IMG/VR virus record: IMGVR_UViG_3300029288_007060
Span: 32,001-96,000 of that record
DNA: 64,000 nt
Reading direction: 5' to 3' (one strand)
Source of the DNA: a virus
Lineage: Duplodnaviria; Caudoviricetes
Notes under the pieces: model-generated
What the model saw: only the letters and a program-made list of their open reading frames with translations
Databases searched by the model: none
What the model was told of the DNA's origin: nothing
In this document: positions 39,678 to 50,700 of the stretch, piece by piece
How positions within the stretch are numbered: the stretch's first letter is position 1
Layout: each line of letters starts with the position of its first letter
Translations under genes and position numbers: made by a program

Positions 39678-41732
39678 TTATCTCCCGTCTTCCTTAAATT
39701 TTATAAATGTCCTCGCTTTTCCGTGGTCTATAATAGATGTTGGAGTCCTTATCAATTTAAATTTATTTTGCCATTTTTTTGATAGCGCGTTTAATAACCT
39801 CATAAATTCATCTTTTCCAGAAAATAGACTTCCAGAGGATTCGTGCACGAGAGGGCATAATATTCCATAATTAAGCATTCCTTTGTCTAATGCAGAAAGA
39901 GCAATGTCTGCTCCATAAAAATGAAACCCGTCAAAGGTTTTCTCATCAAATTTTAATCCACTATTTTTTCTTATAACCATACAATGTTCGTCTAATGTTT
40001 GGGACAGATAGACTTTGGCAGATTTTGTAGACTGCCATTGTATTTTTCCTTTCATGTTATGAACTACACCAATCGTGTCATCATTTTGGTTAATTCCCGC
40101 AGTACCCAGAACACCCCATTTTTTATTAGTTTTCTCTATCTCTGATATTCTATCAAACAACATATCTATCCACTTTTCGTAAAAAAGAACGTCTTGGTGA
40201 CACAAGACTACCACATTTCCTCTTGCTTTTGATATTCCTATATTTAATGCTTGAGACGCAGAATATTGATTATTCATATTATAAATTGGAACTATCTCGT
40301 ATTTTTTATTTGTTATATTCTTATATAAGGAGTGTATTACGTATTCATTATATTGCTCTATATTATTCACACAAGTAACAAAGGAAATGTCTGTTTGATA
40401 AATATCTTTGTTTATATTTTTTTTGAATTCTGTGAAATCGGTGTCCACGCGATGCATCCATCGGGTTTTGAATATCTTAATTCCATTTTGTTGTAAGGTT
40501 CCCGATGTTTTAAATTTATTTTGTGATACGCTTTCTGAATGAATCACTACGGCATTCGCAGCATAAAGTATCTTTTTCCCCAATTCGTGTACAACTTTAA
40601 GACATAAATCTACATCTTCGTAACAAAAATAATAGGCTTCGTCGAAACCCCCAACCTTATAAAAATCTTCTTTGTTTATTAGAAGACAAGCCCCGGTAAC
40701 CGCCTGAAAAAATCTATCGTGATTCGCAAACCCTTCCGGAAAATACTTTAAAACCGATTTTCCTAAATTGGCTGGCCCATCTGGTATAAAAACTATACCG
40801 GCATGCTGAACAGCATCTTTGCAATATTCAAGTCTGGCTCCCACAATTCCTATTTTTTTATTATTCTTTATATTTGACATCATCTCGGTCATCCAAAATG
40901 GCTGTGGTTCGGTATCGTCGTTTAAAAACAAAAGAAATTCTCCGGAAGACAAATCTGCTAACTCGTTATTAATCGATGAAAATGACCCCTCAGAAGTCCC
41001 TCTGCTTATTATTTTAATTCTACTGTCGTTAAGTTGTTTTATATACTCCGCCGTCTCATCCGAAGACGAACTATCTCCTATTACCCATTCCCAATTTGGA
41101 TAATGCGTATTTTTTATAATAGCAAGATGGCATTTTTTAAGAACCTCTAAATTATCTCTCGTTGGTGTTATAATACTAACCATCGATACGTCTTCTGGTT
41201 TCTTAATTAAGACTTTGTCTGCGAATTCATTATGCCTGCGCTTTTTAATCCTCTTGAATTGAACCTTAACTCCGTCTTTATCAAAAATGATAGATTGCGG
41301 CGCAAACTTTCTGGCGGGAGCAGTATTCTCAGCTTTTTCTATCGAAACAATTTTTATAGACTTTACAAAAATACACCCAGTTGAGTTATCTGGACGACAA
41401 ATTCTAATATACATAGGGGTTGTGTTTGACACATCTGGCGTACATAATGTAACAGCATACTCTCTTATATCTGACGAGCTTATTATAAGAGGTATTTGAT
41501 TTCCGTCATAATTTTTCCCAGAATAGAAATTAACTGTAATGTTTCCATTACCCGCCATTCTTGAAGCATTTATTATTATTTTATATCTAGTTTTGGGACT
41601 TAATAGGCATTGAGACATTATAATCGAGTCTTTTCTTGGCATAGAGACGCATAACCCTCCATGCTTTATGAGTGTGCGTATAGACCTTCCCCTCCAACTA
41701 TACTTATCTCCGCCGATTGTTATAACACTCAT
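39678..41732 (-). CDS. multidomain glycosyltransferase: beta-sandwich + GT2 + second GT2-like domain
   Basis: VSIITPT, FLNDD, AVTGACL, YEDVDLC; second domain LCHQDV, FDGFHFYGAD. Confidence 0.85.
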   Translation of the reverse strand: MSVITIGGDKYSWRGRSIRTLIKHGGLCVSMPRKDSIIMSQCLLSPKTRYKIIINASRMAGNGNITVNFYSGKNYDGNQIPLIISSSDIREYAVTLCTPDVSNTTPMYIRICRPDNSTGCIFVKSIKIVSIEKAENTAPARKFAPQSIIFDKDGVKVQFKRIKKRRHNEFADKVLIKKPEDVSMVSIITPTRDNLEVLKKCHLAIIKNTHYPNWEWVIGDSSSSDETAEYIKQLNDSRIKIISRGTSEGSFSSINNELADLSSGEFLLFLNDDTEPQPFWMTEMMSNIKNNKKIGIVGARLEYCKDAVQHAGIVFIPDGPANLGKSVLKYFPEGFANHDRFFQAVTGACLLINKEDFYKVGGFDEAYYFCYEDVDLCLKVVHELGKKILYAANAVVIHSESVSQNKFKTSGTLQQNGIKIFKTRWMHRVDTDFTEFKKNINKDIYQTDISFVTCVNNIEQYNEYVIHSLYKNITNKKYEIVPIYNMNNQYSASQALNIGISKARGNVVVLCHQDVLFYEKWIDMLFDRISEIEKTNKKWGVLGTAGINQNDDTIGVVHNMKGKIQWQSTKSAKVYLSQTLDEHCMVIRKNSGLKFDEKTFDGFHFYGADIALSALDKGMLNYGILCPLVHESSGSLFSGKDEFMRLLNALSKKWQNKFKLIRTPTSIIDHGKARTFIKFKEDGR

Positions 41733-41736
41733 GTTT

Positions 41737-42567
41737 TCATCCTTTATATTTATAAATCATGTGATTCGGATTATTTTGATAAAACTCCAAATCATTAAAA
41801 TATTTTCCTGACCAAATGTTTTTAAACAAATTTATATTTTCGCTAAACTTAGGGTTGTTTTTCCCATCTTTTGATATGCCTTCATCATGAATCAATATAG
41901 AATCTGGACAATAGACACAATTTTTCTTCAACATTGATTTCATCTTTAAGCACAAATCAATGTCCTCATATTGATAAAAATAATCTTCACAAAAACGCCC
42001 CACGTCCTCAAAATCTTTTCTCCTTAGCAGCATGCATGCCCCTGTTACCGCCTGGTAATATCTTGGAACAGAAATAAAGGGCTTGACACTATCGTAAGGT
42101 TGCCTGTAACACATATGGTATGGGAGATTATTTGTTTTGTGGCTAAAAAACACACCGCAATGCTGTATCTTTTTATCGGGATACAATAGTAATGACCCAA
42201 CAATGCCAGCATTAGTATCTGTGTCTAGTATTGTCTGCATATTGTAGAGCCAGTTGTCGTTAACTGGTATAGTATCGTCATTAAGAAACATTATATAGTC
42301 TCCGGAGCCCAATAGAGATGCTTCGTTATTATTCGAAGCAAACGATCCGTCATTTTTCTCCTTAGATGTAACCTCTATTCTGTCTGTAAAAAGTATATCG
42401 TCGATATACATAGAGTCATATATTACGTTGTTTACCTCTTCGTTGGGGTCGTTGGCCAATAAGTAGATGTGATAATCTACTCTCTTCGTTTTTTCTATTA
42501 TTGAAGAAAGACATAATTTTAGTTTGTCGCAATTTCTGTATGTTGTGATAACAATATCTATCGACAT
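41737..42567 (-). CDS. GT2 glycosyltransferase
   Basis: FLNDD, IQHCG, QAVTGACML, YEDIDLC. Confidence 0.9.
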   Translation of the reverse strand: MSIDIVITTYRNCDKLKLCLSSIIEKTKRVDYHIYLLANDPNEEVNNVIYDSMYIDDILFTDRIEVTSKEKNDGSFASNNNEASLLGSGDYIMFLNDDTIPVNDNWLYNMQTILDTDTNAGIVGSLLLYPDKKIQHCGVFFSHKTNNLPYHMCYRQPYDSVKPFISVPRYYQAVTGACMLLRRKDFEDVGRFCEDYFYQYEDIDLCLKMKSMLKKNCVYCPDSILIHDEGISKDGKNNPKFSENINLFKNIWSGKYFNDLEFYQNNPNHMIYKYKG

Positions 42568-42869
42568 CGGCTTCTCTTATAATAATATCTGTAATAATCG
42601 TTTAAGTTACTTCCAGGAAGAAATTGTTTAATTTCATATTGTCTAGACAACAAATCCAACACTATATGCCCAGAGTCTATGAGGACACAGAGCAATGTAT
42701 TTATACAATATTCAATGGCACAAATTGTGTCTTGCGCTATACGCTCGCCGACAAATCTATCTTGAACCTTTTCCAATACAAACAACTGAATGAGTTCGGT
42801 GGCAGGAATCGATATACTAATCGCATTAGTTGTGTCACTTCTTTTAACTATAATATCTTTAATCATCAT
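42558..42869 (-). CDS. hypothetical protein
   Basis: 103 aa ORF filling the gap between GT genes. Confidence 0.45.
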   Translation of the reverse strand: MMIKDIIVKRSDTTNAISISIPATELIQLFVLEKVQDRFVGERIAQDTICAIEYCINTLLCVLIDSGHIVLDLLSRQYEIKQFLPGSNLNDYYRYYYKRSRCR

Positions 42870-42877
42870 TTTGTAGT

Positions 42878-43612
42878 CTACGCAATCTTAGGGAGAGAAT
42901 ATGGCTGTATGTGTTTTATTATCTCGCCATACTTCTTACGATTTTTGTTATATTGTTTTGGTATATCTATTCTTGATTCAGAAAATGTTGTGTGATTAAA
43001 ATGTGCTATACCGAGATTTGGAGAGACGCCCATTTTAAATCTTCCGTCTTCTTGCACAATCTTACAAAATAATGCGTCTTCAAAAAACCCAGACCCAAAC
43101 TCTGTGGGAAATAGACCGACAAATTCATACACTCGCCTTTTAGATAACAGACACCAAGCCTCTAGGTATTGAAATCTAAAACGTCCATACTTATTTTTGT
43201 TATTATTAGGAACATATTCATTATTGCTGTCTAACTCTCCTGCTTTCGGGGACGTTAAATCCCAATTGTTTGTTTTTAAGCTTTCGGTTAAGTTTATTAG
43301 CCACTTTCTGTCCAATATCTTAACATCATTGTTTAGTAGCAAAACCAATTCTTTGCTTGACTTAATAATCCCAGCATTAATAGCTCCGGCAAATCCGATA
43401 TTTTTATCATTATCTAGCCATTTTATGCTTTTGTACTTGTTTTTCAGAATTGAAACCATATTATCGTTTGGGGACCCGTCATTCACAACTATTATTTCTG
43501 TATTGTTATCTATTCCGTCTGTCCCTATAATTAAATCATCAAGACAGTTTTTCGTCATCGCCAACAATTTGGCACTGGTTATATAAATCGGTATAATTAT
43601 AGATATATCCAT
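42878..43612 (-). CDS. GT2 glycosyltransferase
   Basis: ISIIIPIY, VNDGSP, NIGFAGAIN, LLNND, FFED. Confidence 0.9.
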   Translation of the reverse strand: MDISIIIPIYITSAKLLAMTKNCLDDLIIGTDGIDNNTEIIVVNDGSPNDNMVSILKNKYKSIKWLDNDKNIGFAGAINAGIIKSSKELVLLLNNDVKILDRKWLINLTESLKTNNWDLTSPKAGELDSNNEYVPNNNKNKYGRFRFQYLEAWCLLSKRRVYEFVGLFPTEFGSGFFEDALFCKIVQEDGRFKMGVSPNLGIAHFNHTTFSESRIDIPKQYNKNRKKYGEIIKHIQPYSLPKIA

Positions 43613-43613
43613 A

Positions 43614-44828
43614 TTATATCATTCCTTTATAGGTGCCAAGAACGTAAGGGTTTTCTTTTCCTTCGATTACATTGATTATTTTCTTAGCTGCATTCTTCCA
43701 ACTAAATTCGTCTACCATTTTGTCCATTTCCGGTTTGAGTTTTTCTAATATCTCATCGTATTTTTTAAATGACTTCTGCATTAGTTCAGACGTATGATTG
43801 ATATCGGGCTCACCAGATTTATTTCTTTCATCATAGTGCCAATATTGCTCGTTTAACTCGGCCTTTACTAATTTGGTATCAATCAACAGGGAATTCTTTT
43901 CATTCATAAATTGCAAATTACCAGAGTAATTCGGGGCTATATTAATCATTCCTCTTCCAGTTGCCCCTCCGCTTGCCATTGCCTCGATCATTGGTATACC
44001 CCAGCATTCGCTTGCTGTAGTGGTAACATGAGTATGACAAGAATTATATAGAGCGCCCATATTGTCTATTCTCTTATCTATTATTTCGATTTCTGGAATA
44101 TTTTTCCCGTATTTTTTAACCAAATCAATAAAAATATCTCCTAAAATTACTTCAAAAATTTTTCTTCCGCCTGTATTTTTAGAAGCATCCCACATACCAT
44201 CTGAATGTTTGTATATTTTACTTTTGAGCACCAAACACACATCATCATTTTTTGTGAATGTTTGACAATATGCATTTAATAGTATATGGAGTTTTTTTCT
44301 ATAATGCGGCGCGCATACAGATAAAAATCTATAAGATTTGTTAGTTTTTAATCTTATCGGAGAAATGGAAGGATTGAATTTTTCTACATCTACCCCATGA
44401 GGAATAACAAATATTTTTTCCAATGGAACGCCATTATTATAGAAAATTTCGGCTGCGAAATCTGATGGAGGAAAAAACAAATCAACATACTTGTAGAACT
44501 TCTTCCAATGTGCCGGCCACCATTTATACTCGTATGCATAAATTGCGCCTTTTAATTTAGAATTAGAAAGAAATCTGGATGGTAAATTTTGAGGGACAGT
44601 ATAACAAAAATCTAAATCTAATTTCCTCTTCCCCGGGCCGAACTCCTGTAAGGCTAAAACAGAATCTATCATCTTATTTTTCTTTTTGAATAGGTTCTCA
44701 TTTATACCATTAGTTGACACTACATATGTATTATGTCCCAACTCGTCGAAAGCATTGAACAATTCTGTCATAACAGACGACCACGATAAGTTGTCTGCCC
44801 ACCAAGTGTTTGATCTTATATTAAGCAT
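43614..44828 (-). CDS. GT4 glycosyltransferase
   Basis: PSDF, VIPHGVD, RKK, SECWGIPMIEAMASG, FSW. Confidence 0.88.
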   Translation of the reverse strand: MLNIRSNTWWADNLSWSSVMTELFNAFDELGHNTYVVSTNGINENLFKKKNKMIDSVLALQEFGPGKRKLDLDFCYTVPQNLPSRFLSNSKLKGAIYAYEYKWWPAHWKKFYKYVDLFFPPSDFAAEIFYNNGVPLEKIFVIPHGVDVEKFNPSISPIRLKTNKSYRFLSVCAPHYRKKLHILLNAYCQTFTKNDDVCLVLKSKIYKHSDGMWDASKNTGGRKIFEVILGDIFIDLVKKYGKNIPEIEIIDKRIDNMGALYNSCHTHVTTTASECWGIPMIEAMASGGATGRGMINIAPNYSGNLQFMNEKNSLLIDTKLVKAELNEQYWHYDERNKSGEPDINHTSELMQKSFKKYDEILEKLKPEMDKMVDEFSWKNAAKKIINVIEGKENPYVLGTYKGMI

Positions 44829-44849
44829 ATAATACTTTCCTTAACAAAA

Positions 44850-44886
44850 TGCCGTATAGCATAATTATATTATACACTATACGGCA
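44850..44886 (-). terminator. 10-bp hairpin, probable intrinsic terminator between structural and glycosylation blocks
   Basis: TGCCGTATAG (44850-44859) / CTATACGGCA (44877-44886), followed by TTTTG on the minus strand. Confidence 0.6.
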
Positions 44887-44904
44887 CAAAAATATTAATT
44901 ATTT

Positions 44905-47658
44905 TTAAAATGGAACTATTGCATCTGCCAATTCGGCTCCGGTCATGTTGGCCTCAGTGTTTAAAAATCCCGCCTTTTTCAAATATACAGTCAGAATTAT
45001 CTTGGTTCTCAATTCTGGACTTATACTAGAATAATTAGCATCTATTATGTTTATCCTCAACAAACCAGTGGACTGTGTATATAATAATCCACATGTCGTA
45101 ACATATGCGGGCGAATCCGCTGATAGGGATTGCAGGCCTACAGACACTCTAACCTGATTATCATTTAATGCATCAGCACCAACATATGTTCCGTCATAAA
45201 ATTTCATTTTGTCTTTTATAAATGTGTCAAATATGTCTATATCTCCTTGGGTATCCGCCGCAGGCAAATCTATAATAATTTGGCCTACCTCAAAATCTAC
45301 CGAATAGTCCGTTCCGTCCTCATTTAATAGATTTCCTCCTAACAACAAATCCCCGGATATAGACGATGTGTTTTCTCCACCGTTCTTATCAGACCCTGTG
45401 ATGTCATCTGATACTAATGTTGTAAACGATTTAGAAATAAATCTTCTCATATCCTCTATTATTATATTTTCTGGTACCCAGATAGACAGTAATTCTATCT
45501 CGTACTCTATAGCGGAAAATGGGACATCATTAAATGATGCATCATCTGCTATCATATCTGGCGTGGTATCATCTATATTTTCTACGGTTAAAACCAATCT
45601 TGTTAAAGTACTTCCTACGTCGAATGGTACTCCACCCGAGGACACATAATCTTGAATATCTACTGCGTCTGCTACACTTATTATAGAATCTCCAGTAACA
45701 TCCGCTCTTATAATTTCTTCTATATCAACTGTTCCATTGACAATTGCGTTCTTTTGATCTGCTGACGCAACAGTTCCCAACACTAGCCCTGTTGAATATC
45801 CGTCTAATTCTATCGCTCGTGTAACATCCGCCGCATCTATTGTTCCATCGGCATCGACATCTCCGTATGCATCTTCAAAAATTTCAGATTTTATTATTCT
45901 ATATTTCAAATTGGGCAGGCTTGTATTTGGTGTTAAAATAGACCCCACCAAATTATTAAGTGTCAAATCCGAGTCCGGCTGTATGATGGTGAAAGTATTT
46001 GTCCTCAATAATCCAGGAAAATCTGTCATTCCTGTTATTGATATACTTCTCGACGGATTTGTGTCTCTTACATTTGCCAGCACGATTGTTTCATCTCCAG
46101 AATCTACCAGTGCCGTTAATGAGCTTTCAGACACAATAGAAAAGGATGGTACATCGTCAATTCTGGTAAAAACTTGATTTCCAGTCGCCGGATGGGGAAC
46201 TGGGGTGCTATAATCCTTAATTGCCTGCACTATCATATAATTATATACAGTAGGGGATGTGCTTAAGAGACTGTGGGCTCCTTCGCTATACGGCACCTCT
46301 ATTCCTGTTATATCGTCTTTGACAATTTTTTGAGAAATTATTTGAATTCCATTGTCATAAGCAGTTCCGCTAGTAACTCTAACGGCACTAGTGTACACTC
46401 TAAACCACAGATTGCTTCCATCGATATCTGTCCATTTATTTTGAGAAAATATGGAGAGAATCATATTAGAGTCTGCGCTTATGTTTGTGGCTTCTGGTAA
46501 AATAAATGTTCCTGAGCTTGTATCTCCAGTTCTTCGTATTGTTAGAATATAATATTGTCCATCTGTTATTGTGGAAGTGCTTGGATTTGAAATCGCCGAT
46601 CTCGTAAATACAAAATCCACCACCTTAGGGGACGAATCTAGAACAATGCCCAAGTCTTCTAATTCTGCCTGCGAAAATGACATTTCGGCCAATGATGATG
46701 GCTCTGGGTCAAATTCTATTGCAGACTCTGGGGTAATATCAGTAGGACATGCGGTAGTGGTCTGTAATTTTCTTATTTCTAATGTTATATTTCCTGTCCA
46801 GTCATATTCATGTCCAGCAACCGCCAATGTATCTTCTTCTACAGAAAGCAGAACTGACACTTTTTGTATATTGTTTGTTTTTGCAAGAAATTTTTCTCCT
46901 ATTATATCTGTAGAGTATTCAGACAAACTCCTGCTTTGGGCCGCGGTTATATTTATTTGCAAATCTTCAACATTTAACGTGTCGACTGCGGCTATTTCGT
47001 CCAATATCTCCCCCAACGTAACAGACATATTAGATGGTTTGAAATCGATAAAGTCCATGCTTGGCTCTATAATCTGCTCTGCCATAATAACATCGCGCAC
47101 AACCGTCATAGGCACAGACTCGTATATTTTTAAAACTCCGCCATTATCTATGCAGGCCGTCCCGGTGATTAAGGTATTGCCATTTCCTCTAAAATCTTGT
47201 GTCATAAATGCAAGTATTTTGGTGAAATAATTTTTGGTCGTTTGAGTTTCATTTTTGGTAAATGTCAAGACTTCGTATACGAACGTTCCTCCGAAAATTT
47301 CTCCAAAAATGAATACCTTCGTGGACAAGTACCCTAAAAGATTTGAGCCCGAGATTTCTACATCTAACATGTTTCCTTTAGAAGTATCTGATGGTTGTAT
47401 AAATACCACATTCCCCAGGTCGTCTTCTTCATAAATAGGGGTCCCGTCGAAGTCAATGTCAGTTATCAAACTTGATATAGACGCTGGCGCATCAGATGAA
47501 TCAAACAATATTGTTTGAACCGCTGTCTCTTTTTCGACGCCGCTCCCTATAGAAATATTTGTTGTATTTGCAATGGTATTGTGCCAAGCTTCTTGTTCCA
47601 CATTTAAGTCTGTGTCCACCACTTGTTGTCCATCATACCAAGAATTTCTTAAAACCAT
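44905..47658 (-). CDS. acidic virion structural protein with dockerin-like domain
   Basis: N-terminal W.DGQ.V..DL..EQ typical of baseplate/tail proteins; YGDVDADGTIDAADV and RADVTGDSIISVADA repeats. Confidence 0.65.
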   Translation of the reverse strand: MVLRNSWYDGQQVVDTDLNVEQEAWHNTIANTTNISIGSGVEKETAVQTILFDSSDAPASISSLITDIDFDGTPIYEEDDLGNVVFIQPSDTSKGNMLDVEISGSNLLGYLSTKVFIFGEIFGGTFVYEVLTFTKNETQTTKNYFTKILAFMTQDFRGNGNTLITGTACIDNGGVLKIYESVPMTVVRDVIMAEQIIEPSMDFIDFKPSNMSVTLGEILDEIAAVDTLNVEDLQINITAAQSRSLSEYSTDIIGEKFLAKTNNIQKVSVLLSVEEDTLAVAGHEYDWTGNITLEIRKLQTTTACPTDITPESAIEFDPEPSSLAEMSFSQAELEDLGIVLDSSPKVVDFVFTRSAISNPSTSTITDGQYYILTIRRTGDTSSGTFILPEATNISADSNMILSIFSQNKWTDIDGSNLWFRVYTSAVRVTSGTAYDNGIQIISQKIVKDDITGIEVPYSEGAHSLLSTSPTVYNYMIVQAIKDYSTPVPHPATGNQVFTRIDDVPSFSIVSESSLTALVDSGDETIVLANVRDTNPSRSISITGMTDFPGLLRTNTFTIIQPDSDLTLNNLVGSILTPNTSLPNLKYRIIKSEIFEDAYGDVDADGTIDAADVTRAIELDGYSTGLVLGTVASADQKNAIVNGTVDIEEIIRADVTGDSIISVADAVDIQDYVSSGGVPFDVGSTLTRLVLTVENIDDTTPDMIADDASFNDVPFSAIEYEIELLSIWVPENIIIEDMRRFISKSFTTLVSDDITGSDKNGGENTSSISGDLLLGGNLLNEDGTDYSVDFEVGQIIIDLPAADTQGDIDIFDTFIKDKMKFYDGTYVGADALNDNQVRVSVGLQSLSADSPAYVTTCGLLYTQSTGLLRINIIDANYSSISPELRTKIILTVYLKKAGFLNTEANMTGAELADAIVPF

Positions 47659-47746
47659 TTTTTTCTCCTTTTTTTCATTTTCTACTTGACAATTTCACAA
47701 ACCGTCTTGATAGATATCATTGTATGTGTTAAGCAGGAAAACATAT

Positions 47747-50700
47747 TTATTTACTAAATTTAATAATAGCAGTTGTATTAGCTGGCTTTATTACATTTAT
47801 CAGTGATTTTAATAAATTTGTTAAATAATCATTTCCTATTACTTTATCAAATGAATCTATAACATCTACACTAAATTTAAATATACCGTTAGATGCGTTT
47901 GTTACTTCTGAAAAATCTTGTATCTTGAAAAGCAAAGCATCAAAATCATACAAGGCCGTTGTATTTAAATCTTGTATTACCGGTAGAGCAAAGTCTGTAT
48001 TTTGCTGATAATTAACATCAACGAATACGCCTGATACATTTTTTATTGATTGCAGTCTTTGAATGTCAGAGAATCTAATATTGTCCATAATAGCATTTGC
48101 TCCATTAACACTAAAAATATCAGCCCCTATAAAAATACTTGAAAATACATCTGACATATCAATATTATCTACCAAAAACCTATTAGTCCCTGGTCTTATT
48201 TCTGCTTGTCCGTATACAATTCCTGTTCCATATATAAGGCCTGTTCCGTATTTTATCGTACCTCTTTCATCTCCATCGACAAATAATCGTAGCCTGTCCA
48301 AACCGTTGCTACTGTTTGTTTTCCACATAATCATTATCCTGTGCCACGTATTCCTTTGCCAATCGACATGAACACTTAGTAAATGTTCTATGCTGGATGC
48401 TTTCACAAAGAAATTAACAAAACCGTAAGGATCGAGGAATAGACTAACTCTGTCGCCGCTGTTATTTATTGGAATATACGTCACTTTGACTAAAGTGTTC
48501 TGAGACGGAAGAGGTATACCGAGAGTAATTGTTTTATTATCAATCGTCGATATACCCCCACCATCAAAATAATTTGTGCCTGCATTATAAATATCACTAG
48601 CAAGCCTTACGCTTTTTACAGAGCTGGCCTTCTGGTTTAATAAAACTGATATCTTTGTGATTGAACTTACTGTTTCGTCCACAGAAGATAGCATGTCTAA
48701 ATAATAATGATATTTAGAATTGTTATTTGAATCATCTAATGGGCTAACCCAAAACTCAATAGTCCCCTCATCATTATCGAAAATCGAACCGGCATTGTTT
48801 ATTATAAAGGGATGATTTTCTTTTAATTTAATACCGTATTTGAAATTATCATTAACACTTTTTGCTATTTCAAACCCAGAATCAAATCTGTCAATAAATT
48901 CAGAGGAGTCCGTATTTTCTTTGTCCCAATGAAGCAATAATAATGTATTATCGTCAGCAGTGAATTCAAAATCATAATTATAATCAGTGGTTATTGTTCT
49001 GTCCAATGTTCCTAATTCTTCTCCTACTCTTGTGTCGGTAGACATATAATCCAAAATTCTGACCTCATCAAGCACTGCGTCAACAACATTACTGCCGTTA
49101 AAATCGCTTCCTATTTGCATATAAGTTGGTTGCTCGTTTAAATTAATTCTTAAAAAAGTGGGGTAGTCTATTTCGTAGAAACAACCATTTAAAATAAATG
49201 GAATCCCTGCGCTTCCAAAAATTTCAAATCTAAAAAATCCATTGGAGTATTCTGCGATTTCTGCGTAATCCCCATTGTTTTCGGATTCTGTTATTGGTAA
49301 TTTCTCCCTAATAGTGAAAGTTCCCGCTGCCAATAAGGAATCTAGTGGAACAATATTAACGCTAATGTAATCAATATATCTCCAGTATTCAGAAGAATAT
49401 TTGATAGCATTAGAATCAAATGTTATAATTTCACTTGTATTTCCGGAATATGTTGTTCCATATATAGTGATAAAATTATAATCAACATTATAATTTATAT
49501 TATCTCCTATTAAAGTAATCGCTAATTTTCTGCCGTTTGTTCCATTGCTCGGCTGACAGTAGGCATCAAAGTTTCTTTGGAGCACATCCTCTAATGATAA
49601 ATCAACCAACACGCTGTTCAATGAAAATCCATTATTTTGTGATACTAATGAATTATCAAAAAGTATCTCAGTAACCTTAACTTCTCCTAAATTTACCGGA
49701 GGCATTGAGTTAGTTTTAATAGTATCAAAACCTCCATCATATATATATTTTTTCTCAAGAACCCTGCTGAACAAAAGCCCCAAAGTTTTAACAACAACGG
49801 AATCACCAACATTAACTCCATTTGTTATAGATAAAACATTTGTATAATTTGATCCGCGCGATATATAATAGTCTGGATATCTTGAATTAACGCCATTTAA
49901 TTCCGTCTCCGTTCCTTGAGAGTCAATAGTTATTACAATGAATCTTTGATTATTAGCTGGAGTTTCTATAGTATTGGTTGAAATATTAATACCATAATGA
50001 ATATTCCCAAGCGATAGTGTCAAATTTCTGTCTAATGTTAAAGAAGTATCACCTACTCCAGTAATATTATAATAAGTGCCTAAATTTGGCGAGCCTATAC
50101 CGTCTGGTGTGTCATCAAGAATATATAATTTATCTCCTACTTGAATTCCATTAGAAATAAAGTCTCCTTCATTTGATATAAACATATTAGAAGAAGATGC
50201 TGATGATCCGTCGAACCCCCCTACTATTGCTACAGCAGACGAGGATGTGACTGTCTCAGAAGAAATATCTCCGAAATAAGAATTAGATGGCTCTGGACGG
50301 CCTCCGTATTTATATAAATTAGAAACCTCTTGTCCGTCGATGAATAAATGCATCTCATCTTTTTCAAAAGGAGTGTTTAATTTCCAGGACACAGCAATAT
50401 GATGTAATTGACCGAATTCCCAATCCTTTATATTTGTCGATAAATTATACTTATTAGACTCGGCATCAAAAATTCTGAAATTCAAAAAGCCTGTTCCGTC
50501 TTTAAATAACGAAAAACGATTAGTATCTGGAGACTTGGCCATATCCACTATATAATGAAAATCTCCAGAAGAAAATGACACGCCGTCTTCTGCAATATTA
50601 TCATCATTGATATCAACATCATATCCGTCTATGTTGGCAGAAAAATCTATTCTGTTAGTAAAGCTTGTAATGGTATCATTTATTTCATTTACAGAATAGC

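Noticed and set aside
47659-47746. Plus-strand sigma70 promoter (TTGACA at 47686)
   Set aside because: No good -10 at 16-18 bp spacing, and no plus-strand gene downstream
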